A stretch of DNA of 64,000 bases from a virus (Duplodnaviria; Caudoviricetes). Positions 63,779-64,000 of this stretch are shown here, one piece after another (the stretch's first letter is position 1; each line of letters opens with the position of its first letter). The notes under the pieces are model-generated. The model saw only the letters and a program-made list of their open reading frames with translations. It ran no database searches and was not told the origin of the DNA. Location of the stretch: the IMG/VR virus record IMGVR_UViG_3300016471_001002, positions 96,001-160,000 of that record; one strand, 5' to 3'. Position numbers and translations under genes: made by a program.

Positions 63779-64000
63779 TTAAGAGTCCCGCCATAAATTA
63801 TTTGAAGCAAAGACTAGGATCTCCTCCGCAGATTCTGCTGAATACCCATATTCTTTCATAAGAGTCTCCACCATGTCTGAGTATTTCTTTTGTTGATCCT
63901 CGTCGCGGGTCTTTGACTTGGTCACTATACGAGCCATTGACCTGACTGAAGAGATCAAGTATGATTCAATTGCATTCTTAAGGGGCTCATAGGTCTTGAA
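63779..64000 (-). CDS. prkA: C-terminus of a PrkA/YeaG-family AAA+ serine kinase-like protein (truncated by window edge)
   Basis: Hand translation FKTYEPLKNAIESYL..SVRSMARIVTKSKTRDEDQQKKYSDMVETLMKEYGYSAESAEEILVFASNNLWRDS matches the PrkA C-terminal pattern. Confidence 0.7.
   Translation of the reverse strand, partial: FKTYEPLKNAIESYLISSVRSMARIVTKSKTRDEDQQKKYSDMVETLMKEYGYSAESAEEILVFASNNLWRDS

Overview
This is a 64-kb segment of a very large tailed bacteriophage genome. The evidence is dense operon-like genes with stop/start overlaps, sigma70-like promoters, tail-fibre-like proteins, homing endonucleases and one tRNA. Several surface and cell-envelope genes look myxobacterial, so a Myxococcota host is inferred but not shown. 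Layout: (1) 1-25 kb is a mixed core/auxiliary block (isocitrate lyase, adenylosuccinate synthetase, ClpP-like protease, NUDIX, minimal PolX, 5'-3' exonuclease, MBD4-like glycosylase, proteases, lysozyme-like proteins, and a Cys/Trp-rich secreted protein). (2) 25-49.6 kb is a hyperplastic region of tiny genes, including about 60 small SH3/KOW-like beta-barrel paralogues window-wide, a peptidoglycan glycosyltransferase and three antisense GIY-YIG endonucleases. (3) 49.7-58.8 kb is a tail-fibre/structural module. (4) 58.8-64 kb holds more small genes, tRNA-Ile(UAU), a GT2-methyltransferase fusion and the 3' end of a PrkA/YeaG gene. Strongest unexplained signals: a mirror-symmetric cysteine ladder predicting a long disulfide-zippered beta-hairpin stalk; the SH3-like mini-gene repertoire whose C-terminal codons double as the next gene's ribosome-binding site; 12 promoters with fixed geometry placing +1 on the ATG (leaderless mRNAs); and near-total absence of GAC/GTC plus strong GpC depletion over about 20 kb, leaving several proteins with no alanine. 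All counts are by eye and all family assignments come from motif recognition, not database searches.
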